This document shows, piece by piece, positions 44,849 to 54,600 of a DNA stretch of 64,000 nt. The notes beneath the pieces are model-generated. The model was not told the origin of the DNA, did no database searches, and saw only the letters and a program-made list of their open reading frames with translations. Each line of letters starts with the position of its first letter. The stretch's first letter is position 1. A program made the position numbers and the translations under genes. Source of the DNA: Candidatus Zipacnadia bacterium (GTDB lineage Bacteria; Armatimonadota; Zipacnadia; Zipacnadales; UBA5352); contig JALGVA010000005.1 of the NCBI GenBank assembly GCA_029820295.1, forward strand, positions 1,025 through 65,024, written 5' to 3'.

Positions 44849-47800
44849 TCAGCGTGCGACCTGGGCGGAGCGCAGCGCCTGCACCCGCTGGCCGTTGTCG
44901 GCGACGGCCTCGATGCGGATCAGGTAGGTGCCCGCGGGCACTACGGTGCCCTCGGCGCTGCGCAGGTCCCACAGTTGCTCGCCCTGCCCGGCCGGCACCG
45001 CGCGCGACTGCACCAGCCTGCGCACCGACCGGCCTGCGATGTTGAGCACCTCGATGCTCAGGTTGCACGTCGAACTCACGTCGTAGGTCACCATCAGACC
45101 GGCGCCGCCGACGCTCGCCGCGGCACTGCGGATCGCCAGGCTCTCCGCGCCGCGCGGCGCGACCTCGAGCGCGAAGTGACGCAGCGCACCATCCGTGCCC
45201 GTGGTGAACACGTAGGCCGGCAGCGTGCGCGCATACATGCGCTCGCCGGTGTCGAGGTCGGTCAGGTAGACCGCCAGGTCGGCAGGCACCGCGCTCAGGT
45301 CGGGCAGCAGCACCTGCACCTCGGCGTCGGCCAGGTCGGTCTCGACCGAGAAGGTCCAGACCATCGCGCCCGCGCCGGCCGGGCGGATGTCATGGGCGAG
45401 GCGCGCACCGGAGTCATCGGTGAAGTAGACGTCCACCGTGCCGGGCACGCGCGGCGGGTTCTCCACGCGGTAGCCCTGGCCCTCGGCACCGCTGCCCACG
45501 CCCGCGACGGTGCTGATGTCGGCGCGGCCCGCGGCGTGGGCGACGATCGGCACCAGCCAACCGCCCTCGGCGACGTCGGCCGCCGCCGCGGGCCCGACCG
45601 CCAGTGACGCGGCGCTCACGCCGGTGGGCGCGGCCACGTTGAGCGTGCCCGCGGCGCCGGTGGCCTTGAACCACGCGCCCTCCCAGGCCTCGATGTAGTT
45701 GCGCGCCGAGTTGATGGCCGGACTGCGGGAGATCATCCGATAGCTGCCGATGGTGTTGTCCCAGATGAACGCGTAGGGGCGGATCTCGGTGCTGCCCGCC
45801 GCCGTGATGTTGGCCAGAGGCAGCGCGCTCTCATACATGTTCCCGAGCATGTTCCAGCCCGTGGAGACGCCCACGCTGAAGGTGCCGGCGGCGCCGACCG
45901 GGTCGCCGGGGATGTTCACGGTAGTCTGGGTCGGGAAGTCCACGAAGAACGCCGCGCCCGGCCGCACCACCAGCTCGAGGTGGTCCGGGTCGTCGGCCGC
46001 CCGCACGTAGCCCGGCGGCGTCGCCGAAGCATTCCAGCGGGCCACCTGCAGCGTCTGGAAGATATCGACCGCGCGGTCGCGCCCGGTGGGCGGATCCGCG
46101 GGCACGGCCACCATCTGCAGGCCGCGCGCGAACTGGTGCACGAACTCACTGTAGGCGGTGAAGTTGTTGCCGGTGGATGACGGCGGCACCGTCACCTGCA
46201 GCGTCGCGGGGTCGAACGCCAGCCCCGCCTTGGTTGCGGTCAGCACCACCGTCGAGGCGGGAACCCCGCCGATGGTGAATTCACCGGCCTCGCTGGTCAC
46301 CGCAGTGCGCGTCCCGTCGCTCACCGTCACACCGGCGATGCGGTTGCCCAGGCTATCGCTGACGCGACCGGAGATGGTGTAGGTCATGGTCGTTGCGGTG
46401 AAGTCCACGCCGGTGGCATCCGTCCCGGCCACGTTGACGGTGCGCGAAGCGGGCGTGTAGGTGAAGTCCTGGTAGCCGTCGCTGTTGGCGTCACGGCTGC
46501 ACGCGACCGTGTAGATGCCGTTGGGCACGTCCGCGATGGTGAAGTCCCCGTTGGCGTCGGTCAGTGCGCTGCGCGTGCCGTCGCTGACCTGCACACCGGC
46601 CACCCCGGCGCCGTCCTGGGTGACACGCCCGGTGATGTCGTGCGTGCGCTCCATGCCCACGAAGTCGATATCACGCGCCGACGGGCCCACGGTCACCTGC
46701 TGCGCCACCGGGGTGAAGTCGTACTCCGGGAACGAGGGCGTGACCGTGTAGGTGCCGGCCAGCAGCCCCTGCACGCGGTAGGCGCCGTTGCCGTCGGTGC
46801 CCACCGTCTGCCCGTCCACGGTCACATCCACGCCCGGCAGCGGCTCGCCGGCGACGTCGGTCACGAAGCCCCTGATCTCGTAAGTGGGCTCGTCCTCGGT
46901 CGTGAAGCTCCAGTCGGCCGTGCCGGCGTTGCCCGCCTCGTCCGCGGCCTCGACGTGCACATCGTAGTCGGTGGCGTAGTCCAGGTCGGCGGGCGGCTGG
47001 TAGGTCACGATGACCTCGGGCTCACCCACCTGCGCGGGGGCCGGACCGGTGGTCAGGTCGCCGGTCACGTCCGTGCCGTTGACGCTCATCGCGATGCTGC
47101 CCTCGTCAACGCCCGAGCCGCCGTCGCGCACCCGCACGGAGATGGCGCTGCTCACGAGTACATCGCTGGAGCCATCCGGCGGGCTGAACTGGTCGAACAT
47201 CGGCGCGACCACATCGGTCGCCGAACTCTCCTGCCACGTCTCGGTGGGCATGGCGTTGCCCGCGATGTCAGACACGTCCACGGAGAAGTCCACCGTGGCG
47301 TTGAAGCCCCAGCCGCCTGGCGCCGCATAGCTCACCACCACGTCCAGCGGGTCGGTGGCGTCGATGGTCGCGCCGCCGGTCACATCGGTGCCGTCCACCT
47401 GGAAGACGAGCGTGGTCACGTCCACGCCGGAGATGTCGTCCTCGATGTGGAAGGTCACCGTGCCCGCGTTGGCGTCGAAGGCCTTGTTGGTCACCTGCGG
47501 CGCCTGCGTGTCGGACGTGGTGTCGAAGTAGTAGACCTCGTGCAGCTCGTTGCTGCTGTTGTCGTCCACGCGCACGGCGACCATCACGTGCTCGTTATAG
47601 CTGAACGGCCCCGCCGGATCGAAGTCCACATGGATGCCGCCGGCGATCGGCGTGACCACCGCGCTCGGGGTGACCGTGATCCCGTTGACGGCCATGCTCA
47701 GCGTCGACGCATCCACGCCGGTGCCGTCGTCGAGGATGTCGAAGGAGATGTTGCTGTCACGCGTCACCTCGGTGGCGTCCGGCGCCGGATCCTGGTTCGC

Positions 47801-50800
47801 CAGGTAGGGCGCCGTCGTGTCCGCGGCGGTCTCCTCCGCGGTGTTGACCGCGCTGTTCTCGTTGGGCACCTCGTCGTAGGCGGTTACGGCGTAGAACCAG
47901 GTCTCACCGGGGTTGACCGCGTTGTCGGTCCAGGTCTGGGTGCCGGCCGCCACGTCGGCGACCTGGGTCGCCGCGCCGGTGTCGGCGAAGTTGGCAGCCG
48001 AGCGCCAGACATGGTAGCCGGCCACGTCCACCTGGGCCGCTTCGTTGTAGCCGGTCCAGTCGAGGCCGATGGTCATGCCGTCCGGCCCGGTGGTGGCGTC
48101 GAGGTCCAGGGCTGCCAGCGCGGCGGGCGCCACCGTGTCCTGATAGCCCGCGTTGTCGGTGGCCGAGTCGCCGCCCTGCGGGTCATCGTAGGTGAGGGTG
48201 AGCACCCGTCCCAGGGGCCCGGCCGGGAGGTGGAAGGTCCCGTTGTTGTCCGCGCCCGAGCGGCCCAGCGAGTTGATCTGGCCGCGGAACACGCCGGTGC
48301 TGTTGCCGGTCTCGGTGAGAGTCAGCGTCTCCGTCTCACCGCCCGAGTTGTCGGTGATGGTCACACCCACCGTGTCCGCCACGCCGGGGTTCTCGTTCTC
48401 GTCCGCGTCGGTGACCTCGGCGTAGAGGGTGTCGCCCTCCTCATAGACGGCGACATCCGCCCAGGCCGCGTCGGTGAAGCGCGCTGCGCTGGCGCTGCCG
48501 ATGATCGGGCCGGGCAGCGTGTCGGGCGCCGCGGGCAGGCGCACCGGCGAGTTGGCGACGTAGAAGAAATGCTCCCACGCGCCGTAGCCCAGTGTCGCAC
48601 CGTTGACCGTGGCCAGATAGGTCACGCCGACGTCGTAGGCGTCGGTGTCGGCCGGGTCGCGGGCCATGACGACCTCGAGCGTGCCCGCGCCGATGTTGAG
48701 CACGATGTCATCGGGCGGCGGCAGGTTGGTGGTGTCGATGTACTCGACTGAGAAGGCGAAGTCGGTCGCCAGACCGCCGAACAGGGGCGTGAGGGTCGGA
48801 CTCTGAAGCGTGAAATCGGCCATGAACATCATGTTCGACGCGGGATCGAGGCTCAGCTCGGCGTTGTGCCAGTCCGACTCGGCGCCCTGGTCGTCGAAGG
48901 CCTTGATCCGGTAGTAGTAGGGGCGGTCGGTCAGCAGCGCCTGGCCGGGAAGGAGCTGGTACTCGGTGACCCCGGCGCCCAGCATCATGTCCAGGTGCGG
49001 TGTGCTGAAGTCCGGATTGTCGTCGATCACAAGCTGATAGGTGAGCGTGTGCGCCGGGTCGGCCGCGTCATCGTCGCTGGCGTCCGGCCAGTCGATCAGC
49101 GGCGTCACCGTGCGGATGTTGCCGTCGGGCACGAAGTCCGCGCGCTGCAGGGCCACATCCCAGTACGGCGGGTTGTTGAGATCGACCCGGAAGAGCTGGG
49201 TCGAGCGGTAGGGCACTCCGCCGGCGTAGGTCCACAGCGCGGAGGCCTTGTTGTCGTCATCGAAGGTGCGCAGGCGCCAGTACCACACGCCCTCCGACAG
49301 CGGCGCGGTATCGGGGATGGTGAACTCGGTCGCGCCCGCGCTGGTGGTGTACTCGTAGGCCACCGGCGCGAAGGTCTTGCTCTGCGAGAGCTGCAGCTTG
49401 TAGTAGAGCAGGTCGGACGTGTCGGTGGCGTTGATATCGCTGGCGGCGTCCCACATGAAGGTGGGCGTCGAGTCGTGCACCACCAGGACGTCCTGCCCGC
49501 TCAACGTGTCCGGGAAGTCGGGCGACTCGGGCGAGTAGCCTCCCGGCGAAATCGCCGGCGGGTCGTTGACCAGCGGCCCGTCCATGTAGGTACCGTCGGC
49601 CACGGGGTAGCGCGCCTGCGGTGAGGGGCTCTCGGGCACCTCGTCAACCACGAAGTAGTGACGGTGATGCCCGTCGCCGATCTCGTTGTCGGCCGGGTCG
49701 GTGCGGATGCCCAGGGAGCTGACCGTATAGCGCTCGCCGTTGGTGTAGTCGCCATCCTGCAGCTCCGCGGCGGCTGTGGTATCGACCTCCATGGCCAGCG
49801 CCTGCAGCGGCGTGCCGGCGGTGGTGTTCTCGATCAGCAGCCACACGCGGCCGCTGGGAGGCGGGTTGTCGTCAAGGTCGGTGTAGGTGATCCCGAAGAC
49901 GTAGGTGTCGCTCTGCAGGCCCTCGACGGGCGCCATCGCAGGCTCGGTCAGTGTCGGGGCGTGCGCGCCCGGGCCCGGGATGTAGGCGGTGCCGATCCCC
50001 AGGTCATCCACCAGCACCTCCGCGGCGCCGGCGGTGTCCGCGCTGTCGTAGGTCTCGTCGGGGCTACCGTCGAGGTCGTTGTCGATGAAGATGGTGAAGG
50101 TCTCGATGGAGCCCTTGTACTTGAACTCAGCATCGGTGTACTGCAGGCGCCACTGATCGTCCAGCGTGGGCGGGAGGTGGGTCAGGGCGTCGGTGAGGTC
50201 GAGATAGGCGTGGATGTTCGCCTTGTCGTCGGCGCCCTGCTGGTTGAAGGCGACCCAGCTCCACGAGCCGTCCTGGCGGCCGATGGTGAGCTCAACGTCA
50301 TCCCGCGATTCGCACGGGAGGTCGCACTCGGCCCACGCGGAGGGCTGGTAGCCGATCTTGTCGGTCATGAAGAAGGCGGGCCCCGCGCCCTCGAACTCCT
50401 CGGTCTCGCCATCGGCGTTGATGGGATCGATCAGGCCCATGACGAAGCCGTAGGACAGATAGGCCTTGCCGTCGCCCGCCCAGCCGGAGCCCCAGGAGTT
50501 AATGAACAGGAAGCCGCCGAAGATGTCCTGGTCGTCCTCGTCGGGATCGAGTTCGCCGCTGGCGTCGTCGTCGGCGTCGATGTCGCCGTCGCCGTCGGAG
50601 TCATCGGCGTCGCCCCGGTCCTTGTCGTCGTCGTAGCCGACGATGCAGATGGCGTGGTAGCCCGTGATCTCAGCATCGTCAGCAGGGCGCTCGTAGTAGT
50701 CATCGTCCGCGATCTTGGCGGCGAAGTCGTCGTAGATCGGGATGCCGATGACGAACGGTTCGCCCAGGTCGAGCTGGTGCTTGAGCGCGGCGAGATCGAT

Positions 50801-51460
50801 CTCAGTGGTAGTCGGCCACCACTCGTAGCTGTCGGCGCGGAACGGCATAGCGTCGAGCCAGATCTGCGCGCCGCCGGCGTACTCACTGGGCCAGCTCTTG
50901 AAGTCGGCGGCGGAGTAGGGCACGTCGGCGAGGGTGGCACAGCCCTTCTCGGTCATGAGCTGCATTGCCGCTGAGATGCTGCTGCCGTCATCCGTGCCAC
51001 CGTTGATCTGGTTGTAGATGAAGGCCGGGCTGAACTGGTGGTCGGTGGTTGACAGATCCCAGGACGAGTGCTCCTGCCCCTCCTGGTAGCTCTTGTAGTA
51101 GTAGCCGGTGGCCCACGCCGTGCACGAGCCCTGCGCCCCCTGGTTGCCGACAGGGGGCATGCTCGACGAGATGTCGGCCGTGGCCATGGGCAGCAGCGAC
51201 TTGCCGTAGGGCGGCAGGGGCAGGTCGGCCACGGGGATGGCCGCAAGGTCGGCTGGGGTCTCGGGGATCGCGCCCAGCTTAACCACCTGGCCCCCGGGCA
51301 GCACGTAGATCGGCGCGCCGCCCTGAGCGGTGGCCGGGGGGGCCATGGTCGCGACGCACAACACGCCGACGGCGATCGCCGCCACCAGCGACAGGGCTCG
51401 CAGGCTCCGCGTGTCTCGGGTGTTCCGCGACTGGTTCCTCATTCTCCCGATGCCTCCCAT
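44849..51460 (-). CDS. Giant secreted multidomain protease: papain-like C1 cysteine peptidase head, then Fn3/Ig-like domains, then three CarboxypepD_reg domains, then a beta-sandwich, then a FlgD-Ig/T9SS-type C-terminal sorting domain (2203 aa; alternative start M7 at 51442)
   Basis: Signal peptide. C1 catalytic triad context QGAQGSCTAWATGYY (Cys113), GYHAICIVGYDD (His269), FINSWGSGWAGDGKAYLSY (Asn321). Fn3 signatures (WYWRLRTFDD, YYYRIKAFDD). Repeated GRVTQDGAGVAGVQVSDGT-type CarboxypepD_reg units. C-terminal LSIEVLNIAGRSVRRLV...WDLRS..G..V..G.YLIRIEA matches the FlgD_ig / Por_Secre_tail pattern. Confidence 0.85.
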   Translation of the reverse strand: MGGIGRMRNQSRNTRDTRSLRALSLVAAIAVGVLCVATMAPPATAQGGAPIYVLPGGQVVKLGAIPETPADLAAIPVADLPLPPYGKSLLPMATADISSSMPPVGNQGAQGSCTAWATGYYYKSYQEGQEHSSWDLSTTDHQFSPAFIYNQINGGTDDGSSISAAMQLMTEKGCATLADVPYSAADFKSWPSEYAGGAQIWLDAMPFRADSYEWWPTTTEIDLAALKHQLDLGEPFVIGIPIYDDFAAKIADDDYYERPADDAEITGYHAICIVGYDDDKDRGDADDSDGDGDIDADDDASGELDPDEDDQDIFGGFLFINSWGSGWAGDGKAYLSYGFVMGLIDPINADGETEEFEGAGPAFFMTDKIGYQPSAWAECDLPCESRDDVELTIGRQDGSWSWVAFNQQGADDKANIHAYLDLTDALTHLPPTLDDQWRLQYTDAEFKYKGSIETFTIFIDNDLDGSPDETYDSADTAGAAEVLVDDLGIGTAYIPGPGAHAPTLTEPAMAPVEGLQSDTYVFGITYTDLDDNPPPSGRVWLLIENTTAGTPLQALAMEVDTTAAAELQDGDYTNGERYTVSSLGIRTDPADNEIGDGHHRHYFVVDEVPESPSPQARYPVADGTYMDGPLVNDPPAISPGGYSPESPDFPDTLSGQDVLVVHDSTPTFMWDAASDINATDTSDLLYYKLQLSQSKTFAPVAYEYTTSAGATEFTIPDTAPLSEGVWYWRLRTFDDDNKASALWTYAGGVPYRSTQLFRVDLNNPPYWDVALQRADFVPDGNIRTVTPLIDWPDASDDDAADPAHTLTYQLVIDDNPDFSTPHLDMMLGAGVTEYQLLPGQALLTDRPYYYRIKAFDDQGAESDWHNAELSLDPASNMMFMADFTLQSPTLTPLFGGLATDFAFSVEYIDTTNLPPPDDIVLNIGAGTLEVVMARDPADTDAYDVGVTYLATVNGATLGYGAWEHFFYVANSPVRLPAAPDTLPGPIIGSASAARFTDAAWADVAVYEEGDTLYAEVTDADENENPGVADTVGVTITDNSGGETETLTLTETGNSTGVFRGQINSLGRSGADNNGTFHLPAGPLGRVLTLTYDDPQGGDSATDNAGYQDTVAPAALAALDLDATTGPDGMTIGLDWTGYNEAAQVDVAGYHVWRSAANFADTGAATQVADVAAGTQTWTDNAVNPGETWFYAVTAYDEVPNENSAVNTAEETAADTTAPYLANQDPAPDATEVTRDSNISFDILDDGTGVDASTLSMAVNGITVTPSAVVTPIAGGIHVDFDPAGPFSYNEHVMVAVRVDDNSSNELHEVYYFDTTSDTQAPQVTNKAFDANAGTVTFHIEDDISGVDVTTLVFQVDGTDVTGGATIDATDPLDVVVSYAAPGGWGFNATVDFSVDVSDIAGNAMPTETWQESSATDVVAPMFDQFSPPDGSSDVLVSSAISVRVRDGGSGVDEGSIAMSVNGTDVTGDLTTGPAPAQVGEPEVIVTYQPPADLDYATDYDVHVEAADEAGNAGTADWSFTTEDEPTYEIRGFVTDVAGEPLPGVDVTVDGQTVGTDGNGAYRVQGLLAGTYTVTPSFPEYDFTPVAQQVTVGPSARDIDFVGMERTHDITGRVTQDGAGVAGVQVSDGTRSALTDANGDFTIADVPNGIYTVACSRDANSDGYQDFTYTPASRTVNVAGTDATGVDFTATTMTYTISGRVSDSLGNRIAGVTVSDGTRTAVTSEAGEFTIGGVPASTVVLTATKAGLAFDPATLQVTVPPSSTGNNFTAYSEFVHQFARGLQMVAVPADPPTGRDRAVDIFQTLQVARWNASATPPGYVRAADDPDHLELVVRPGAAFFVDFPTQTTVNIPGDPVGAAGTFSVGVSTGWNMLGNMYESALPLANITAAGSTEIRPYAFIWDNTIGSYRMISRSPAINSARNYIEAWEGAWFKATGAAGTLNVAAPTGVSAASLAVGPAAAADVAEGGWLVPIVAHAAGRADISTVAGVGSGAEGQGYRVENPPRVPGTVDVYFTDDSGARLAHDIRPAGAGAMVWTFSVETDLADAEVQVLLPDLSAVPADLAVYLTDLDTGERMYARTLPAYVFTTGTDGALRHFALEVAPRGAESLAIRSAAASVGGAGLMVTYDVSSTCNLSIEVLNIAGRSVRRLVQSRAVPAGQGEQLWDLRSAEGTVVPAGTYLIRIEAVADNGQRVQALRSAQVAR

Positions 51461-51577
51461 GGTGTGCCACGCGTCCCGAGGTCACGGAGGGCGTCCCCTC
51501 CGGCGACCGGTTGGCAGGGCCGACGGCGGCGCGCTGACGTTCATCCGGCGGCGCCGCCCCGCGACGGTGCATTCGAG

Positions 51578-51607
51578 CGCCCCCGCGCTCGAGCGAGCGC
51601 GGGGGCG
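51578..51607. terminator. 12-bp perfect GC hairpin (CGCCCCCGCGCT-CGAGCG-AGCGCGGGGGCG) 10 nt downstream of the stop of the M6 giant gene, between the two giant genes
   Basis: Read directly from the sequence. Followed by TTGTTTGG on the plus strand. Could act as a terminator, attenuator or mRNA processing/stability element. Confidence 0.4.
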
Positions 51608-51616
51608 TTGTTTGGC

Positions 51617-54600
51617 TTAGCGGTCGAGCTGGGCCGGGACCACGGCCTGCACCTGCTGGCCATCCTCAGCGCGCGCGCTGATGTACACCAGGTAGCGGCC
51701 CGGCGGGCAGATCGTGCCCTGGGCGCTGCGGCCGTTCCAGCTCACGGTCGAGACACCGGCCGGGGCCAGGTCGCCCCCGAGCGTCGCCACCGACCGGCCG
51801 GCGATGTTGAGCACCTCAACGCTCACCTGCGCCGGCGCCGACAGCGTGTAGCTGACGGTCACGCCGGCACCCGCGGGCGCGGCGCTGGCGCCGGTGATCA
51901 TCAGGCCCGCTCCCTGGCGATCGGTCACCTCGAGGCGGAAGCGGCGGCTGCCGCCCTCACCTGAGTCGTAGCTGTAGGAGGTCATGGTGCGCGCATAGAC
52001 CCGCTTGCCGGCCGCCTCATCGACCAGCACCACGGACTTGTCGGCGGGCACCTCGGACAGGTCGGGCAGCGTCAGCTCGACCTGCACGCCGGCCATGTCG
52101 GTCGCCACCGCGAAGCTCCACACCTCGGTGGCCGCGGCCGCGGCGCGCACGTCGGTCGCCAGGCGCCGGCCGCCGGCGGCCTCGAAGTAGAGGTCCACGA
52201 ACGGGCCGATGGCCGGCGGGTTGTCCACGCTGTAGGCCGCCGGATCGCCGGCCGCCTGCGGGATCACGCCGGCGACGCTGCACGCGTCCATCACGCCGCC
52301 CGCGCGCGCCACTATCGGCACCAGCCAGCCGCCCTCGGGGCGAGTGGCCGCCGCCCGCGCGACCTCAGCCGAGGCCGGCGCGACGCCGGGCGCCGAGATG
52401 GTCACCTGGGTCGAGGCGCCGGCGCGCATCCAGAAGCCCGCGTTGCGCGGCACCACGGTCACGCCGCCCAGACCAGCGGCGGTTGAGACCAGGCGGTAGG
52501 TGCCGGCCGCGCGGTCGTAGATGAACCCGAAGGTCGAGGCGGGGCTCCCGTTCGGGATGTTCACGCTGGTCCACGGCAGCCCGCGATCGTACGGGTTACC
52601 CACCATGTCCCAGCCCGCCATGAGCGCCACGGTCAGGTCCGAGGTGCTCGGGAACAGCTCCCCGGCGATGCCGACCACGCGCTGGGTCGGGCTGTTGGTC
52701 CAGAAGCCCCGGCCCGGCGCCAGGCGCATGAGCGGGTCGGCCGACGGCGCGGTCAGGTATGGCGGGCTGTTCTGCGGATCCCAGCGTGCCACCTCGACGT
52801 CGGCCCCGAAGGCGTTCTGCACGTCCGCGTCCACCGGGGTCACCGGCACGGCCACGAAGGCCAGGCCCTGGGGCAGCGTCATGTTGTAGAGCCGCGCCGC
52901 GACAAAGTCCACGTTGGAGACATCGGTGGCCACATCCACCACGCGCTGTGTCGGCTCGAACTCGTAGTCGGGGTCATCGGGCCGGATGGTGTAGCTGCCC
53001 GGGACCAGTCCGGTGATGCTGTAGGCGCCGTTGGCGGAGCTCGTGCCCGCGCCGACCTCGACGCCGCTCTGCAACGCCGCCACCCGGATGCCCGCCAGGC
53101 GGTCGCCGCCGCTGGTGCGGATCACGCCCGCCACGTCGAAGGTCTCAAGCGCGGCGGTGAACACCAGGCCGGTGGCGTCGCCGTTGTGCAGATTCACCGT
53201 CACGTCGATGGTCGGCGGCGTGAACACGTAGCCGGAGAGCTGCGCGGTGAGCGTGTAGTCACCGGCCGCGACGTTCTCGATCGCCCACGTGCCGTCGGCG
53301 CCGCTGAGCGCCACGTGCTGGCCGTCCGACACGGTGGCGCCCGACACCGGGTCGCCCGCCGCGGTCTGCACCACGCCGGAGATGTCGTAGCCGAGCCTGG
53401 CGGTGAAGTTGATCCCCACCGCGTTCGGCCCCACGGTGACCGAGCGCGTCTCAGGCTCGAACGAGCGGCCGTCCATCGACGGCACCACGCTGTAGTTGCC
53501 GGCGGCCAGTCCGGTGATCTCATACTGGCCCTGGGCGTCGGTGAAGTCGAAGAGCTGGCCTGCGGTCACCCGCACGCCCTCGACTCCCTGGCCGTTGGTG
53601 TCCGTGACCCTGCCGGCTATGGAGAACACCGGCGGCCCGACGATCACGAAGTCGTAGGACTCGAACTGGCCGACCGCGGGCGCGACGTTGCCGGCGTTGT
53701 CGGCGACCTGCAGCCGCACCTGCACGCGGTCGAGGAAGTCGTAGTCATCGGGCGGATCGTAGACGACGTTGAGCTGCTGCGCCGAGCCGGTGATGGTGGT
53801 GTTCGGGTCGTCCGCGACATCCACGCCGTCGACCTCGAAGATCAGCGTGGCCTGGTCGATGCCCGAGGCGTTGTCGCTGATGGTGAAGGCGATGTCGGTA
53901 TCGCGCGGGACGTCTTCCTGGTCCGGCGCGGGGTCGAAGTTGCTGAAGGTCGGCGGCAGCAGGTCCGCGGACTGCACCGGCCCGGCGATGTTCGAGTTCG
54001 GGCCCTCCTGCACGCCGTCGTAAGCGCGCACCATGTAGAACAGGTCCACGCCCAGCGGCGCGTTGGCGTCATTGAACGCGGTTGTGCCCGCGGGCACGGA
54101 GGCGTACATGTCCGCCGGCTGCGCGTTCACGAGCTGGGCCGGGTCGGTGTTGCGGTAGATATGGTACTCGGTAACATCCGCTTCACCGCCCACGCTCGGG
54201 TCGTCGGCGGACAGCTCCCAGTCAAGCCCGATGCTGCCGTCCGCGAGCTGGGCCGCGGTCAGGTTCTGCGGCGCCGGCGGCGGATCGTTGGGGATGGGCG
54301 TCGAGACTTCATCGGACGCTATCGGGAAGTTGTCCGGCGCGACGATGTCCTCGGGCTGCAGCAGGCTGATGTAGCTCGGGTCCGCCAGCGAGTAGATCAG
54401 CGTCAGCGGCGGCTCCACCAGGGGCAGCGCGGGCGAGAGCGAGGCGGTGAGCAGCAACGACTGCACCGCGCCCTCGGTCACGATCACCGGCGTGGCCTCG
54501 ATGTCGAAGGTGGCGCGCTCGACGCCGGCGACATTGGCGAAGGTCGTCTCCTCCAGCAGGGTGTCGCTCGGATCGACCTCACCGTCGTGGTCAAGGTCGA

